Below are positions 26,065-37,889 of a stretch of DNA of 64,000 bases, piece after piece (within the stretch, counting starts at the first letter, position 1; each line of letters begins with the position of its first letter). A program made the translations under genes and the position numbers. The DNA comes from Penicillus capitatus. Lineage: Eukaryota; Plantae; Chlorophyta. The notes below the pieces were generated by a model, which was given only the letters and a program-made list of their open reading frames with translations, was not told the DNA's origin and made no database searches. The stretch is from NCBI GenBank assembly GCA_965649825.1, contig OZ287695.1:310001-374000 (forward strand). Reading direction: 5' to 3'.

Positions 26065-29031
26065 TCGCCCTCTTTTGGTTTTGATACATGACATAGTATC
26101 TCATTGGCCCAGTCGTGGAGCCCCGTCTGTAATCTCGCCGCTTTCTTGAGCGTACCGTTCGCCAATGATGTCGCCAAACACGCGCGGAGTGACGCGGAGG
26201 GCTCGACGGAGCGATAGGCGGAGGGATCGCCGTACCAGAGATGTCGAGGAGGAATACCGTGTAATAGGGCGTTTGCTTCGAGAAGGGTCCACGCCGCGAT
26301 CTTGAGCGCCGCCGGTACAGCGTCGAGGAAGACGAGAGCAACGACGCGTCCGAGAGCGACCTCACCCGATGCCATGAAGGCGTCCAGGAGGTGCTCGACG
26401 AATGCTGCGGTCCATTGGGCAAAGGCATCGCGATGGCGTCCTTGGTCGATGTACTTTTCGACGAGGACGGCGAAACACCGCTGGACGAAATGATGTGACC
26501 CGTCGGCGGCGTCCTCTTCCAGAAAGACGCGTTGAATCAATAGCTGGAGCTTCTCTCCAGGGGACAACGAAGAGAGCAGCGCGTTCGATAGGTGATGGGT
26601 TTCGAGGTAGACCACAAGGGCCAACTGACTCTTCAAGAGAACGCGCGCAGCGTCGGTGAGCGATGTCTGTGCGGCGTCGGAAGTTTTCCAGCGACGCAGT
26701 AGAAAATCGGGTGGCGGCGGGAAATGCGACCCGACGGCGGCGTTGACGCCGACGGGACGGATGGAGAAAGGCGAAGGGTCGAGAGGAACGTCGAGGTGGC
26801 CGCACCAGGTCGTCACGAATCCGTCCAGCAAAACGCGCCGCCATTCGTGTAGCTCTTCTGACAGACCCTCTTCGTCGCCTTCCTCCTTCGACGTCTTTTC
26901 TGCCAATGTGCGCATCACGCTTGCGTGAAGGGTGTCTACGTTAAGGACGGAGCTTAGACAGATCATGGCTTGGTCTTCGCTTCCGAGCGGCATCCACGTG
27001 ACACTGCGCCATGCCAGATTCAACTGCTCGTGTAGAGGCAGGGCGTTTGGCTGCGTCTGGCAGACGACGTGGAGAAACGCGGCGACGCATTGGGCAAATG
27101 GACGCAATGCCTGTACCTTGGCAATCTCCTCCAGTTCCACGATGCGGCAGGGATGGACCAGCGCCGCCATCGCCTGGGGAAGGCGCGTCGACAACGCTTC
27201 CACGAGCATTGTCGAGTGCGCCTTCAATCTGGCATCCTTCGCCGTCGCCCGCGCCAATCTACGCAAAAAATCTCGATCTCGCTCACCATTGAGGGAACGC
27301 GACTTGAGCACGCTCGTGATGAACATGGCACCCGTAGGTGATGGCAGGCGACTGTTGGTGGCATCAAAGAGGGTGCACTTCTCGAGGACGTCGCGTTTGG
27401 AGACGACTAGTTCCAGTAGGCGTCTTTCGAGCACTCCATCCGTCGGTCTCTGCTCAGCAACCGTCGCATCTCGTTGCTCGTCTGCGAAGAACATGAACGC
27501 CGCCGCGCAGCATGCCTCGTCTCCCGTCGAAAAATCCTCAAGCAGAAAAGATAGCCATTCAGCCGCAGCTTTGCGCAAAGATGCGCTGCAGGAAGGGGAA
27601 AGGCGACGAACGGAAGTCGCGTTGGCTTGGGCGACGTCTTCCGTCGCCGTCAGGCACCAGAACACCTCCGTTGCCGCCGCCGCCACCTCATGGCGTCGAG
27701 TCGGCGTCGACAAGAGTGGGAAGTAGATCGAAAACAGATCTTCCATCGAAAGAAAGACCTCGCCTCGATACCAAGCGACGCGCCAGAGACGAAAGAACCA
27801 TGACAAGAGCACCAGTTCTTCCGACACGGCATCCGCTGTGACAGGATGCTCCATCCAACGCTGGACATCGCACAGTGCCATCTCCAGCCATCCTGCGCAC
27901 CGAGTGTCGTCTGGCCAGACGTCTGTAAGGCGAGGACGTACCGTGCGATTTCAGGAGAGGGAGAGCGGTCGGGAGGACGGCGCTCCATGTGCAGAGGCAC
28001 TGTAGAAAGGGAAGACGCGTTTTGAAGTCCGGCTGCTCGGCGATGGCGGTTCGGAGACGGATAAGGAGGAGAATGTCGTGGGAGAGGCGCTCGGCGAGTT
28101 CGGCACCACGTAGACAGAGAGACGTCACCAACTGCAGCACCGTCGGAAGCGTCGCCGGGCGTATGACGGAACGGACATCCTCGACGCATCCGCTCTCAAG
28201 CTCGCGTCCGAGAACTCTTCTGAACGAGGGTGGTTCGCCGGAGAGCGCAGCATGCCACGGATACGAAGGCTGCAGCCGTTCGAGCGGCGGAGGGACGCTC
28301 GTACAGAACGGTAGCCATTGGTCGGCAACATCGGAGCGATTTTGATCAGCAGGATGCTTTCCACGACATATCTCAGCCAAAATCTCCAGCGCCGCCAGCG
28401 ACACGGCCGGCGGCGTTCCGACCAATGCCCCTCGCAACAGCGCCACCGCATTCAACTCCAGCAACACAAACGCCCGGACGTCGTTCCACGTGAGGCTCGT
28501 GATGTCCGACGGGATGCTGTCCGGCAACCGAAGAGGTGTCGATGCACCGAGACGGCAATGATGATCGATCTGCCGCAGCAACCGCAAACCCGCCATACGC
28601 TGTCCTTGAACGACACTCTGCGTCAGAGCCGCCATCTCGGGTAACGTATAGACGCCACACGACGCGGCATGTCCTTCGTCTTCTCGAAGAGCATCTCGAT
28701 TCAGGGCGCGTTCGATATCGCTCGGGTGCTTTTGCAGCTCCTCTTCTGTGAGCCATCCCACAACGACGCCCTCCAGATTCCAGCGAAGACGCGATACAGG
28801 CGAGGCGTACGATGCGCTGCGTCCTGATGCGCGTTGCTTCTGTCGGGCGCGATCTGTGAGAAATGTAACGGTCTCTGGCTTCAGCTTCGCCCTAACTTCC
28901 GCTTGCGCTTCCAGAATCTACCACTCCGGAACACATCGACGCCTGTTGAGTTAGGCGGCGCCGACCTCATCTCGCGTCATGCGTCGCAGCACGCGCTCTC
29001 CGAACGACGTCCCCTCTGCCATCTCTCCCAT
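26061..29031 (-). CDS. RPAP1: RNA polymerase II-associated protein 1 (RPAP1 / MINIYO-like)
   Basis: N motif ERVLRRMTRDE...ILEAQAEVRAKLKPETVTFL; C motif YTLPEMAALTQSVVQGQRMAGLRLL; long helical C-terminal ORFs. The 5' end is uncertain. Confidence 0.7.
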
Positions 29032-29740
29032 TGTCTCACTCTTTCTCGACCTGCCCTTTGGCTTCTATCTCACACAAAGACCATCCCTACCATCCACATC
29101 TGTCACATCATCCAACTGCCGTACCGTCCACTCCGTTCGATGCCGAGCCTCGGGAAAACCGGAAGCCTGTCTTGAAAACGTCACAGCCGTCGTCTGACTC
29201 GGTCTCTCCATCACCTCGCCGACCAAACCTCCCTCCACTCCGTTGCCGCCTTCACCCGCACTCTCCACTCTAACCTCCCCTCCGATGGCGTACCTTCCGT
29301 CGCTCTCTGTCGTCCTCTCACCCGTATCGCCTTTGCCGCCGGACGCACGCCACGCTAGACACACCCCTTCGCTCTCCTGCGACTCTTCTCGATCTTACTG
29401 GCGGTCTCTCTTCTTCCTCCATCTCGATCTCTTCGCGTAGGTAATGCGTCATGACGAGACAGCACAGACAGCACTAAAGTGAAAGGACAGGATAGAGGTT
29501 ACGTATTGTTCTTGCTTTGTTCTCGACCGGTTGGTTGACGTTGAACGCAAATCGTCACGTTCTTTGATTTTGGCGTCGTTTTCGCCGTCGGTTGTGGCGT
29601 TACTGATTTCATTACCTTCGAAGTTAAATATCTGTCGTTGACCAACCGTTGACGCAGACGCTGACTTTCTGAAACGCGCCCTCCGTTTTGCGTCGCTTCG
29701 TGCCGTTGTCCACTCTCGAAACGTACCGTCGCCAAGAAAC

Positions 29741-31114
29741 ATGGGCAAACTACAAGGTCCCCCTGCCAAAGCTATCGTTGCTGGACGGCGTCCCTACTGG
29801 ACGGCCGAAGAAGACGCACAACTCGTTCGCCTCGTCAAGAAATATGGCACCAAAAATTGGGGCATCATTGCCAAGGAACTGCACAGTCCTATTCCACGCA
29901 AAGGCAAAAGCTGCCGGTCCGTAAACACGCAACGTCACATCTCTCTGTGCATCCGGTCATACCGACATCGATGATAGGTCACGATGGATGCATCAACTCA
30001 ACCCCTGCATCAAACACGAGCCCTTCTCTGTCGAAGAGGAACGCATCTTGATTGCAAAGCAACGGGAGTTTGGCAACAAGTGGTCCAAAATCGCGGCGTT
30101 TTTGCCAGGGAGAACGGACAATGCGATCAAGAACCATTGGCATGGACATGTGAAGAGACGCCTCTCTGCGCGGAGCTTCTCTTCGGACGAAGAAGACAGT
30201 CTGATGGAAATGAAAAACGAAGAGCCGTGGAACGCGATGGTCGAACTCTTTCCTGTGCCGCTGCTCAGGAGTCGACTCGGCAGCTCCGCTGCATCGCGCA
30301 CGGCACAACGAGATATGGAATGTGCAAGGATATTGCTAGAACTCTCCCGAACGAACATACCACCATCATCATCATGTACAGCCGCCACCCTGTCGCTTCG
30401 CCTAACGCATGTCGGTTGGCAGATGTGGGATTAAGGAATGAGGCAGACGTGTTTGTCAAGAAGGAGCTGCTGTCGGAAGAGGAGGGATCGGAGAGTTCAA
30501 AAGAGCCCAACAATGGCTACGCTTCCATGGCGGCGGCATCGCTGTCTGTTGCTGGAATGGAGGCGGGTTTGAGAGATGAAGAAAACAACCGTCCCATCAT
30601 GACATCATCGTCTGAACCGATGCGCGTAGATGCGCAGAAGATTCTGAGCGAGACGCTGGAATCGGCCGGACTGGCACACTACACCGTTTTGCCCCTCTGT
30701 CCTATCAAAGAGGAGGACATCAACAGCGAACAGCATGTCGTGATCGTCCTGCCGTCAAACGAAGATGTCCCCCTCCACGATCGCTGCTCAGAAGGGGCCT
30801 CTCTCTGTATGTTGCCTGAGGAACGGCTCAGCGGCATTCGGGATCTTCCACAGACCACCACGACATCCTGTACCTTTCTCGAGACCAAACATCGTCCATC
30901 GATGCCATCTGCGTACACCCTCGCCTCCTGCCATCCATCCGAGGCCACCCGCGAGCGAATGGTGGTGAATGAAAATATGTCGACTGCCCTGTTTCCAACC
31001 GTCTCCAGACGAGAAGGGACGATGCCCGTGCGGCGGTTGTTTGACATCTCTCCCGCATTCGATGCATCTTCCTCATCGCAGTATCATCGTCATCGTCCTC
31101 ATCATATGCATTAG
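29741..31114 (+). CDS. R2R3-MYB transcription factor
   Basis: WTAEEDAQL...NWGIIA...GKSCR|SRWMHQL...FSVEEERIL...GNKWSKIAAFLPGRTDNAIKNHW; two short introns join it to the C-terminal ORF ending at 31114. Confidence 0.88.
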
Positions 31115-31164
31115 TCGCCGTCATCATCGTCATCCCTCTCCCTCACATCGTCATCTCGTCCCCC

Positions 31165-31188
31165 ATCGATCGATCGATCGATCGATCG
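31165..31188. repeat. (ATCG)6 microsatellite
   Basis: Read directly from the sequence. Confidence 0.9.
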
Positions 31189-31634
31189 TCACTCTCGTGT
31201 CGTACGGAATCGAGATCGCGCGATGGGGGCGTGGTGTGTGTCGAGGCTGAGAAGGAGGCTAAGGAAGGAATTATTAGTACGTACTACTATGATCAATCTA
31301 TGGGTGGATGCGAAGGGGCCGAGTATGAATTATTTGAAGCATTAGTGAAGATGGAGGCCTTGGCCTTCACTCGTAGCGTTAAACTATCACAACAACTGTT
31401 TGATTTTCTCATGTTCTTTTTCATTTTGTATGGTATGGAATAATAGGATGCTAGGGTCGGACTGCTCTGTATCCCTTTTCTGATTTTCCTACATACTGAA
31501 TATAGAATTGTGCATCAGATGTGGCAAGTCATGCTTGACCATCACCTACTGCTTTGCTCACCTTCGCTGCCAAGTTAGCGACTCGACACACGTTGTAAAA
31601 CGCGTTCTCACCCACCATCGATTGAAGGGTCGTT

Positions 31635-34600
31635 GTGGATGACGGTTCGTGCATCTCTGTTATCGAGGCTCTATCTGCATTCATTGGTCTCTCATTTTGT
31701 GCGCTGGCTCCCTGGGATAAGTGTCTTTGTCGCATGAGCGTCTCCACGCCGAGAATGTCTGGAAACCGTAAAGAGCGCAAGGCGCACAAATCGCGTATCT
31801 GGAAATTTCCGGCAGGGCTTTCCGTCAAGAAGCCGCTCGAAGGCGCTACGGACGACGAGGAGTTGGCGCGGTCCTTTCCCAAAACGACCGCTGCCGATTT
31901 CCTCTACAACGACTCGGAAGACGACGCAAACAGCTCGGCAACCGTTGAGAAGTCGGGAAAGTCTTTCCCTGGGTCGCACCTATCGCCAAGTCAAAGAGGC
32001 AATTCGTTTTCGGCAGCGAGGCGAAAACATGCGCAGTTTGCTAACGACGGATATCCGCCTTCGGGGTATCTGTGGATTTGGATGGGGGTGCTGCGCCGAT
32101 GGCATCGAAATCACTTCCTCCTTGAGACGCCGGGTGTCTTGACGCACTCAAGGCGACGTGGCTCGCAAATGCGCGGCGCATTCTGTCTACGAGACGCCCG
32201 TGTCGTTTCGAGTCAGGGCCACTCAAGGCAGTTTTGTATCATTAGTCCCGCGGGCGTCGCTTACCTCAGGGCAATGACCAAGGACCAACGTGGACTGTGG
32301 ATAAACAGCATACGAACATCTATCGAAAAATACACGCAGTGCGTGGAACAGGCCGAGAGCATTCGGGCATCTGTGGGGACCACCTTCATGGCGGTCGAGC
32401 CCGAAGAAGCTCGGCTCGAAAACGAGGAGAGAGAGCGCGTCCATGAACGCATGAGTGAGCTGCTGCCGCATCAGGCTGTGCTGAAATGGCAGATGAATCA
32501 ACTGACACGGAAGATGGATGTCGTGGGTGGCGGCGGCGGCTGCGAGGCATCGTCTGATGGGAATTACTGCTCGATGGGACGACGTGCGTCGACGGAGAAC
32601 CGAGCGATGCGGAGATTGTCTACGCAGACAAGGGGTGGTTGTGGTCTGGAAGCACTCGATGAGAAACGGATGGTCCGTCATGCGAGTCTCACCAGTGAGC
32701 TGTCCCTGCCGTCGGTAAAATCGAATCTTCATGAACGACTGCCCCGTCGCGTGGTGGCCGTACAGAGCAGCGTATCGGCGGACGATTCGGCGGTCAGTAC
32801 CAAGTCATCGGTGCACGTGAAAGAAATGCGGGACCGAGCGGCGGCGCGTAAATGCCAGACGCCTCGGCCTGAAGGAGCGGTGCGCAGACGGATGACCAGG
32901 AGATCGCCGCGCAGACGGGCATCTCCTCGAGAAGTGGATGAAAATGGAAAGCGAGAATGTGTGACGCCACGTCTGTCGATCGACGCGACCATCGCGCCGC
33001 CATCGCCGCCACGTAGTCGAGATCTGGCATCTCTGAACGAGTCCGGCATGTGGAAGAGTTACCAGAACTTTATCGAAGCCGTTCAGCGCATCGTTCAGAA
33101 AGAGGTGCGATCGACGATGGAGCTCGAGATCGAGAACGCGGCGCTCAGACAGTTGCTGGAGATGCGACGAAGCGAGACGCCCGTCGCGCATCATCATTCG
33201 CTGCATGCGACGTCTGGATCGACATCGCGTTCCTATTCGACTGCCGAGTCCGAATTCGACGCGGCATTGCTGGAGCATTCGGAAGACGAGACGCTGGAAA
33301 AGAAGGAGATTCGCCCGCGGGGCGGCCCGCCGCCGCCGCCGCCAGAAGATACCAACAGTCATAACAACCGCGAGCTCATCGACGCTCTCGAAGTCGTGCG
33401 TCGTGCCGAGTACGTGACACGCAACAGCTCAAACAGCGAAGGACTGGTCGTCAGTCTACAGAGCGTCATCCCGCCGAAAGATTCAGAAGACGATTTCGAT
33501 GAAGAGTCATCGAATCTGGATCACGAAGTCTATCCCCCTTCGCTCTACTCATCGGCGGAGTTCTTCGTGAAGGAAGGGAATGATATGTATGCACTGGAGC
33601 CGCGAAATCGGCTACCAGCACCGCGTCCAATACAACGCGGATTTAGTTTATGGAGCATTCTTAAGAACGCCATCGGACGAGATCTCTCACGCATCACGAT
33701 GCCAGCCACCATCAATGAACCTCTCTCAGCCCTCCAACGCTTCGCCGAAGAATTTGAACACGCATCGTTCTTGACATCAGCCGCGCTCAGCAGTGATCCA
33801 CATGAGAGGCTGCTCTATGTGACCGCGTTTGCATTGTCGAGTTATCACGGGGCGCTGTTACGGGATAGCAAGCCGTTTAACCCCCTGCTGGGCGAGACCT
33901 TTGAGTGGTCCAACAATCAGTTGCGTTTCTTGGGTGAACAAGTGAGTCACCATCCTCCCGTTTCGTGCTTTCATGTCCAAGGATTCGATACGGAGGAGCA
34001 CGAAAAACAGCTCTACCACGTGCAGGGCGAATTGGAACTCAAGAGCAAGTTTTGGGGAACGACGCTGAATGTTTTCCCTGCCGGACGGATCGAACTGTTT
34101 CTGGAAACGACGCAAGAGCGTTACGTCTGGAACAAAGCCAGCATCTCAATTCATAACCTCGTTCTGGGACAGCTATGGTTAGATTTCCACGGAGAGATCC
34201 AGATAAAGAACGTCACGACGGGGGACACGGCGAAGATTCGATTGACCAAGGCTCGGGGGTTTGGTATGGATCGGGGCAATCTCGAGGGCAAAGTCTTCAA
34301 TGCGCAGAAAGAGGAAGTGTACGTTGTCGATGGCAACTTTACCAAATCGATCTACGCACGGCCGTCGGCACAGAGCCATCGCTACGAGATCTTTCGCGCC
34401 GCCGAGCCGCCGCCAGACGCCGGCGAGCAATACAATATGACGCCCTTTGCTGTGGCTCTGAATGACCTTCGCGGTGCGGAACCGGGAGAACTGCCGCGGA
34501 CAGATTCGCGATTTCGCACCGATATCCGTGCCCTAGAGGTGGGGGAGTTCAGCCGGGCAACGAGTGAGAAACTGAGACTCGAGGAGAAACAGCGGCAGAC

Positions 34601-34784
34601 GCGCAAAGTGCGCAAGGAGAACGGACAGAAGTACATTCCGATGTGGTTCAATCTGCGACGGCCGGACATCAAAGACCTCTCAAGGATCATGGATCACGAT
34701 CAGACATCTGTATGGAAATTTCGCGACGAGTACTGGAAAAGAAAAGAGAAGCGCAATTGGGGAGGCTGCCCAGATATTTACTAA
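31635..34784 (+). CDS. Oxysterol-binding protein-related protein (PH + OSBP domain)
   Basis: PH domain SGYLWIW...WHRNHF...GLWINSI; OSBP motifs DLSRITMPATINEPLSALQR, KPFNPLLGETFE, EQVSHHPP, DSRFRTD; single 1049-aa ORF, exact start uncertain. Confidence 0.93.
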   Translation: MDDGSCISVIEALSAFIGLSFCALAPWDKCLCRMSVSTPRMSGNRKERKAHKSRIWKFPAGLSVKKPLEGATDDEELARSFPKTTAADFLYNDSEDDANSSATVEKSGKSFPGSHLSPSQRGNSFSAARRKHAQFANDGYPPSGYLWIWMGVLRRWHRNHFLLETPGVLTHSRRRGSQMRGAFCLRDARVVSSQGHSRQFCIISPAGVAYLRAMTKDQRGLWINSIRTSIEKYTQCVEQAESIRASVGTTFMAVEPEEARLENEERERVHERMSELLPHQAVLKWQMNQLTRKMDVVGGGGGCEASSDGNYCSMGRRASTENRAMRRLSTQTRGGCGLEALDEKRMVRHASLTSELSLPSVKSNLHERLPRRVVAVQSSVSADDSAVSTKSSVHVKEMRDRAAARKCQTPRPEGAVRRRMTRRSPRRRASPREVDENGKRECVTPRLSIDATIAPPSPPRSRDLASLNESGMWKSYQNFIEAVQRIVQKEVRSTMELEIENAALRQLLEMRRSETPVAHHHSLHATSGSTSRSYSTAESEFDAALLEHSEDETLEKKEIRPRGGPPPPPPEDTNSHNNRELIDALEVVRRAEYVTRNSSNSEGLVVSLQSVIPPKDSEDDFDEESSNLDHEVYPPSLYSSAEFFVKEGNDMYALEPRNRLPAPRPIQRGFSLWSILKNAIGRDLSRITMPATINEPLSALQRFAEEFEHASFLTSAALSSDPHERLLYVTAFALSSYHGALLRDSKPFNPLLGETFEWSNNQLRFLGEQVSHHPPVSCFHVQGFDTEEHEKQLYHVQGELELKSKFWGTTLNVFPAGRIELFLETTQERYVWNKASISIHNLVLGQLWLDFHGEIQIKNVTTGDTAKIRLTKARGFGMDRGNLEGKVFNAQKEEVYVVDGNFTKSIYARPSAQSHRYEIFRAAEPPPDAGEQYNMTPFAVALNDLRGAEPGELPRTDSRFRTDIRALEVGEFSRATSEKLRLEEKQRQTRKVRKENGQKYIPMWFNLRRPDIKDLSRIMDHDQTSVWKFRDEYWKRKEKRNWGGCPDIY

Positions 34785-35042
34785 CAAAACGAGCGAGAGG
34801 TCGTGATCAATAATAATATGCAAGGGATAGTTTGTCTCGTTGGTGCGTTTGTGTCAAAGCTTTTGCCTGTGGGTGAACAAGGGGCATGTAACTCTGTGTT
34901 GTCTCTCTCTACCTCTTCTCAGTCGCTGATTTGTTAACTGACTCTATCTTAAAGCATTTTTTGCAAATTCTCAAATGCCAGTTTATGACGTCTACGAACC
35001 GTCGGACGTCGTCGCATCCGACGGTTTGCACGTACGGCTGCG

Positions 35043-35670
35043 CTAGCCGAAGAGTCGCCAGTCTTTGACGACCGTGGATTGGATGATGGAGGCAAAGAGC
35101 GGAGAGATGTCTTCCGCATCGCCTGTCGATGGACGGTTCATACTCAGCAGCAACTCCGAGCGCACGCTGAACAGACGCACGATACCGAGGTGCACCTATG
35201 GCGGCGGCAACAGAAAGCGGCACGGGAGCGGACGGGTTCTACCTGGACCGTCTGCACGGGATCGCTGCCTTTGACAATGTCCTGTTCGCCAACGACGACT
35301 GTCGCATAGCTCTCTGCCACGTTTGTGGTCAAGGCGAGAGCTCCACGCTCCATAGGCGTCACGCTTCTGTAGGGGATACGGTCGCTTGGATGCTTCGAGG
35401 GAAGGGGTAGGGGTACAGGATACGGTGCCGTTGGGCGCTGTTCTCTTCGACGAGATCGCGCCAGAAGTGCGTTGCGATGGCGTCGTTGGAGATGTCGCTC
35501 TGGAGTTCGACGATTTCGAAAATGAAGGACAGCTCGTCGCCGTCGCCGTCCGACGTGAAGACCTCCTGATGATCGGGGACCTGACGAAACGCCGAAACGT
35601 CGAGAAAGCCACGAGGGAGAGAGATTTCGATAGCACCACCGAACAGACGGCGCGTTTCCATTTCGAACAT
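35043..35670 (-). CDS. MOG1: Ran guanine nucleotide release factor Mog1
   Basis: RRLFGGAIEISLP...DVSAFRQVPDHQEVF...FEIVE...; C-terminus ELLLSMN...KDWRLFG*; short introns. Confidence 0.85.
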
Positions 35671-35891
35671 TCTCACAAGTCGTCGCCCATCACCTATGAC
35701 GACCACACAAACAAACCACACCCTTACAGCGCACGGCACGAACTAAGCACAGAATCCACATCGCGCTCAGGGGTTTATGACAGGCTGCATTTACAGATGC
35801 CGTAGGCAACAGATTCATACAAAGTACTGTGCGCGCTTCCGTTGAGGTCGCTGTTCGCGAGTACCGAGTGGTTGATCGGCAGGAAACGAAG

Positions 35892-37564
35892 TCACAGGCT
35901 CATGAATTCGGCGACGTCGGCGATTTCGCGTTTGCGTGCTTGTTCGTGCGTCCATCTCTGTTCCAAGATCTTCTCGTCCGTCATCAGTCGGCTGTGCTGG
36001 ATCTTCTGGCCGCAGTGCAGACACGTCTTGCCGAAAGGCGGCTCGCTGACGTAAGCCTCGACGCATCTGAAGTGATACATGTGGCCACAGTACAACCGCA
36101 ACACCAACATACTCTTCGGTATTTTCTCCACCCGTGCAGGATCACCTGCAAACGACAGCGACGCTCAACGGGGCGGCGGTCGTCGGATGCCCTACTCGGT
36201 AGCAGCAGTTTATTGCAGATAAGGCATTTTCCGGATGCCAGTGGAGCGAGGCATTGCTCGTAGAGGTAGGCCACGATCGGGAAGAGACTTGGCCGAGAGA
36301 CAAACGTCGCTTCAAGCTCGCGACGCTTTTCCGATGCCTTGTGTCGTGACGCCTCGGCGTCGGAGGCCAAAGTGTCGACCTTTCGTCGTGTCGCGAGGGA
36401 CTGCATCTGCGAAAGGGCTTCGGATTTGGACTGAACTCCACTGCCGGCGCCCTCTCGTGCAACGGCCCTTCCTGCATCTTCCACCACCGTGGGCAGCTCA
36501 GCGAGCCTTCGGGCACGGTCGGCTGCCGACGTCAGGAACAGCGTCTGCAACTCGCGCGGCAAATTGCTCTCGTGCTTCCGAATCTCCGCCGCCTTTGTTG
36601 GATACTTTGGCGGAATCGTCAGATCGATGTTGAGAAAATAACGCCCAGAGGTGAGCGCCACCGACACGGCTCCCGTCTTCTCCTTCGCGCATTTGACCTC
36701 GCAGCTGTCCTTGTCTTCGAAGTACGTCCTCAACTGCACGAGATAGAGCGAAGTTGTCGCGAAGGTGGGCGCGCCGTCACTTGTTTGAGATCGGTATACG
36801 CAGGGGCGAGTCGGTTGCGGCAGAGTATGGATCGTAGACGATCGACGACTGCCAGCACTTGTTGCCGACCGAGGCATTTCGCCGCTTCCTGTTCTGCCGT
36901 TCTCTTCAGCTTCTCAACGAGTTCGGGATCGAGATGCGGACTGCTGGCATCCACAAAGAGCGCCTCCTGATGTGACAGACCATCCCATGACCACCACCCG
37001 CCCATCCGTCCACACAAAAAACACACACCTGTGGGTAGCTGCCCGGAAACTGCAGTTTCAGTAGAAGGGAGACATGCGACGACGCTTCCACCAATACCTA
37101 CACGTCGCGATCACGCCCTACCGACGCAGTGGACCGACCTCAGCGAGGATCACACCTGAACGAAATCCAACACACAAGCACGCAGTTCCCGATCACACAC
37201 GTTCTGTAAGGGAGATATGAGATGTTGTCTCCTACGGCGGCGAACAGGCGACGCACCCGTTCAATGTCTTGAAGCTCGGCTTCGATGAAGACCTCTCGAG
37301 ATGTCTTTTCGGACGACAGGCGGGTCTTGTCGGTATCGGCCCTCCGGGTCTCTTCCTGTTCCTGAGTTGGCGGTCGATGCGTGCAGGAGAGGGGAAGGTG
37401 GTCGTCGGGTCGACCTTCTTTATGAGGGCGGCATGGGTGAGGGCTCGCAACTCTGTCGCCTCTTTGGCAGCTTCGTACCTATCCTTAGCCAATTTCTTCC
37501 TCGCTTCGCGCGTCGCTAAGCCATTGTAATCGTTATGTGCGATATCGGATTCGATAGACTCCAT
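35892..37564 (-). CDS. RWD/UBC-like domain(s) + C-terminal RING-H2 protein
   Basis: LQFPGSYPQ and LTIPPKYP (YPxxxP-like RWD motifs); CLIC ... CGHMYHFRC ... CLHC (C3H2C3). It is uncertain whether 37232-37564 is the first exon. Confidence 0.55.
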
Positions 37565-37889
37565 CTGGAGGACGCTCGACTATTGTTCCAGTGCAGTGAC
37601 GAATGTGTTTGGCCTGGATGTACCAATACGCTCATTCACGCAAATGCGATATCATGAATACAGTCAAGAGCGATTGATGTGGATATCGACTCGAAGCTGA
37701 AGCTGTTGCGATGGCGCCCGTCACATCACGGCTCGTAATAGGGACACCATACCAGACCATACGGAAAAAACTCTTCTTGGAAGACGTCTCCGAAAGACGC
37801 CTAGAATGGGATGGGACAGTCCATAGACGAATGACTGCATATCTGTTTGGGTGGAGAAGGTAGAGACTCCCACGAAGGGATGCATGTCG

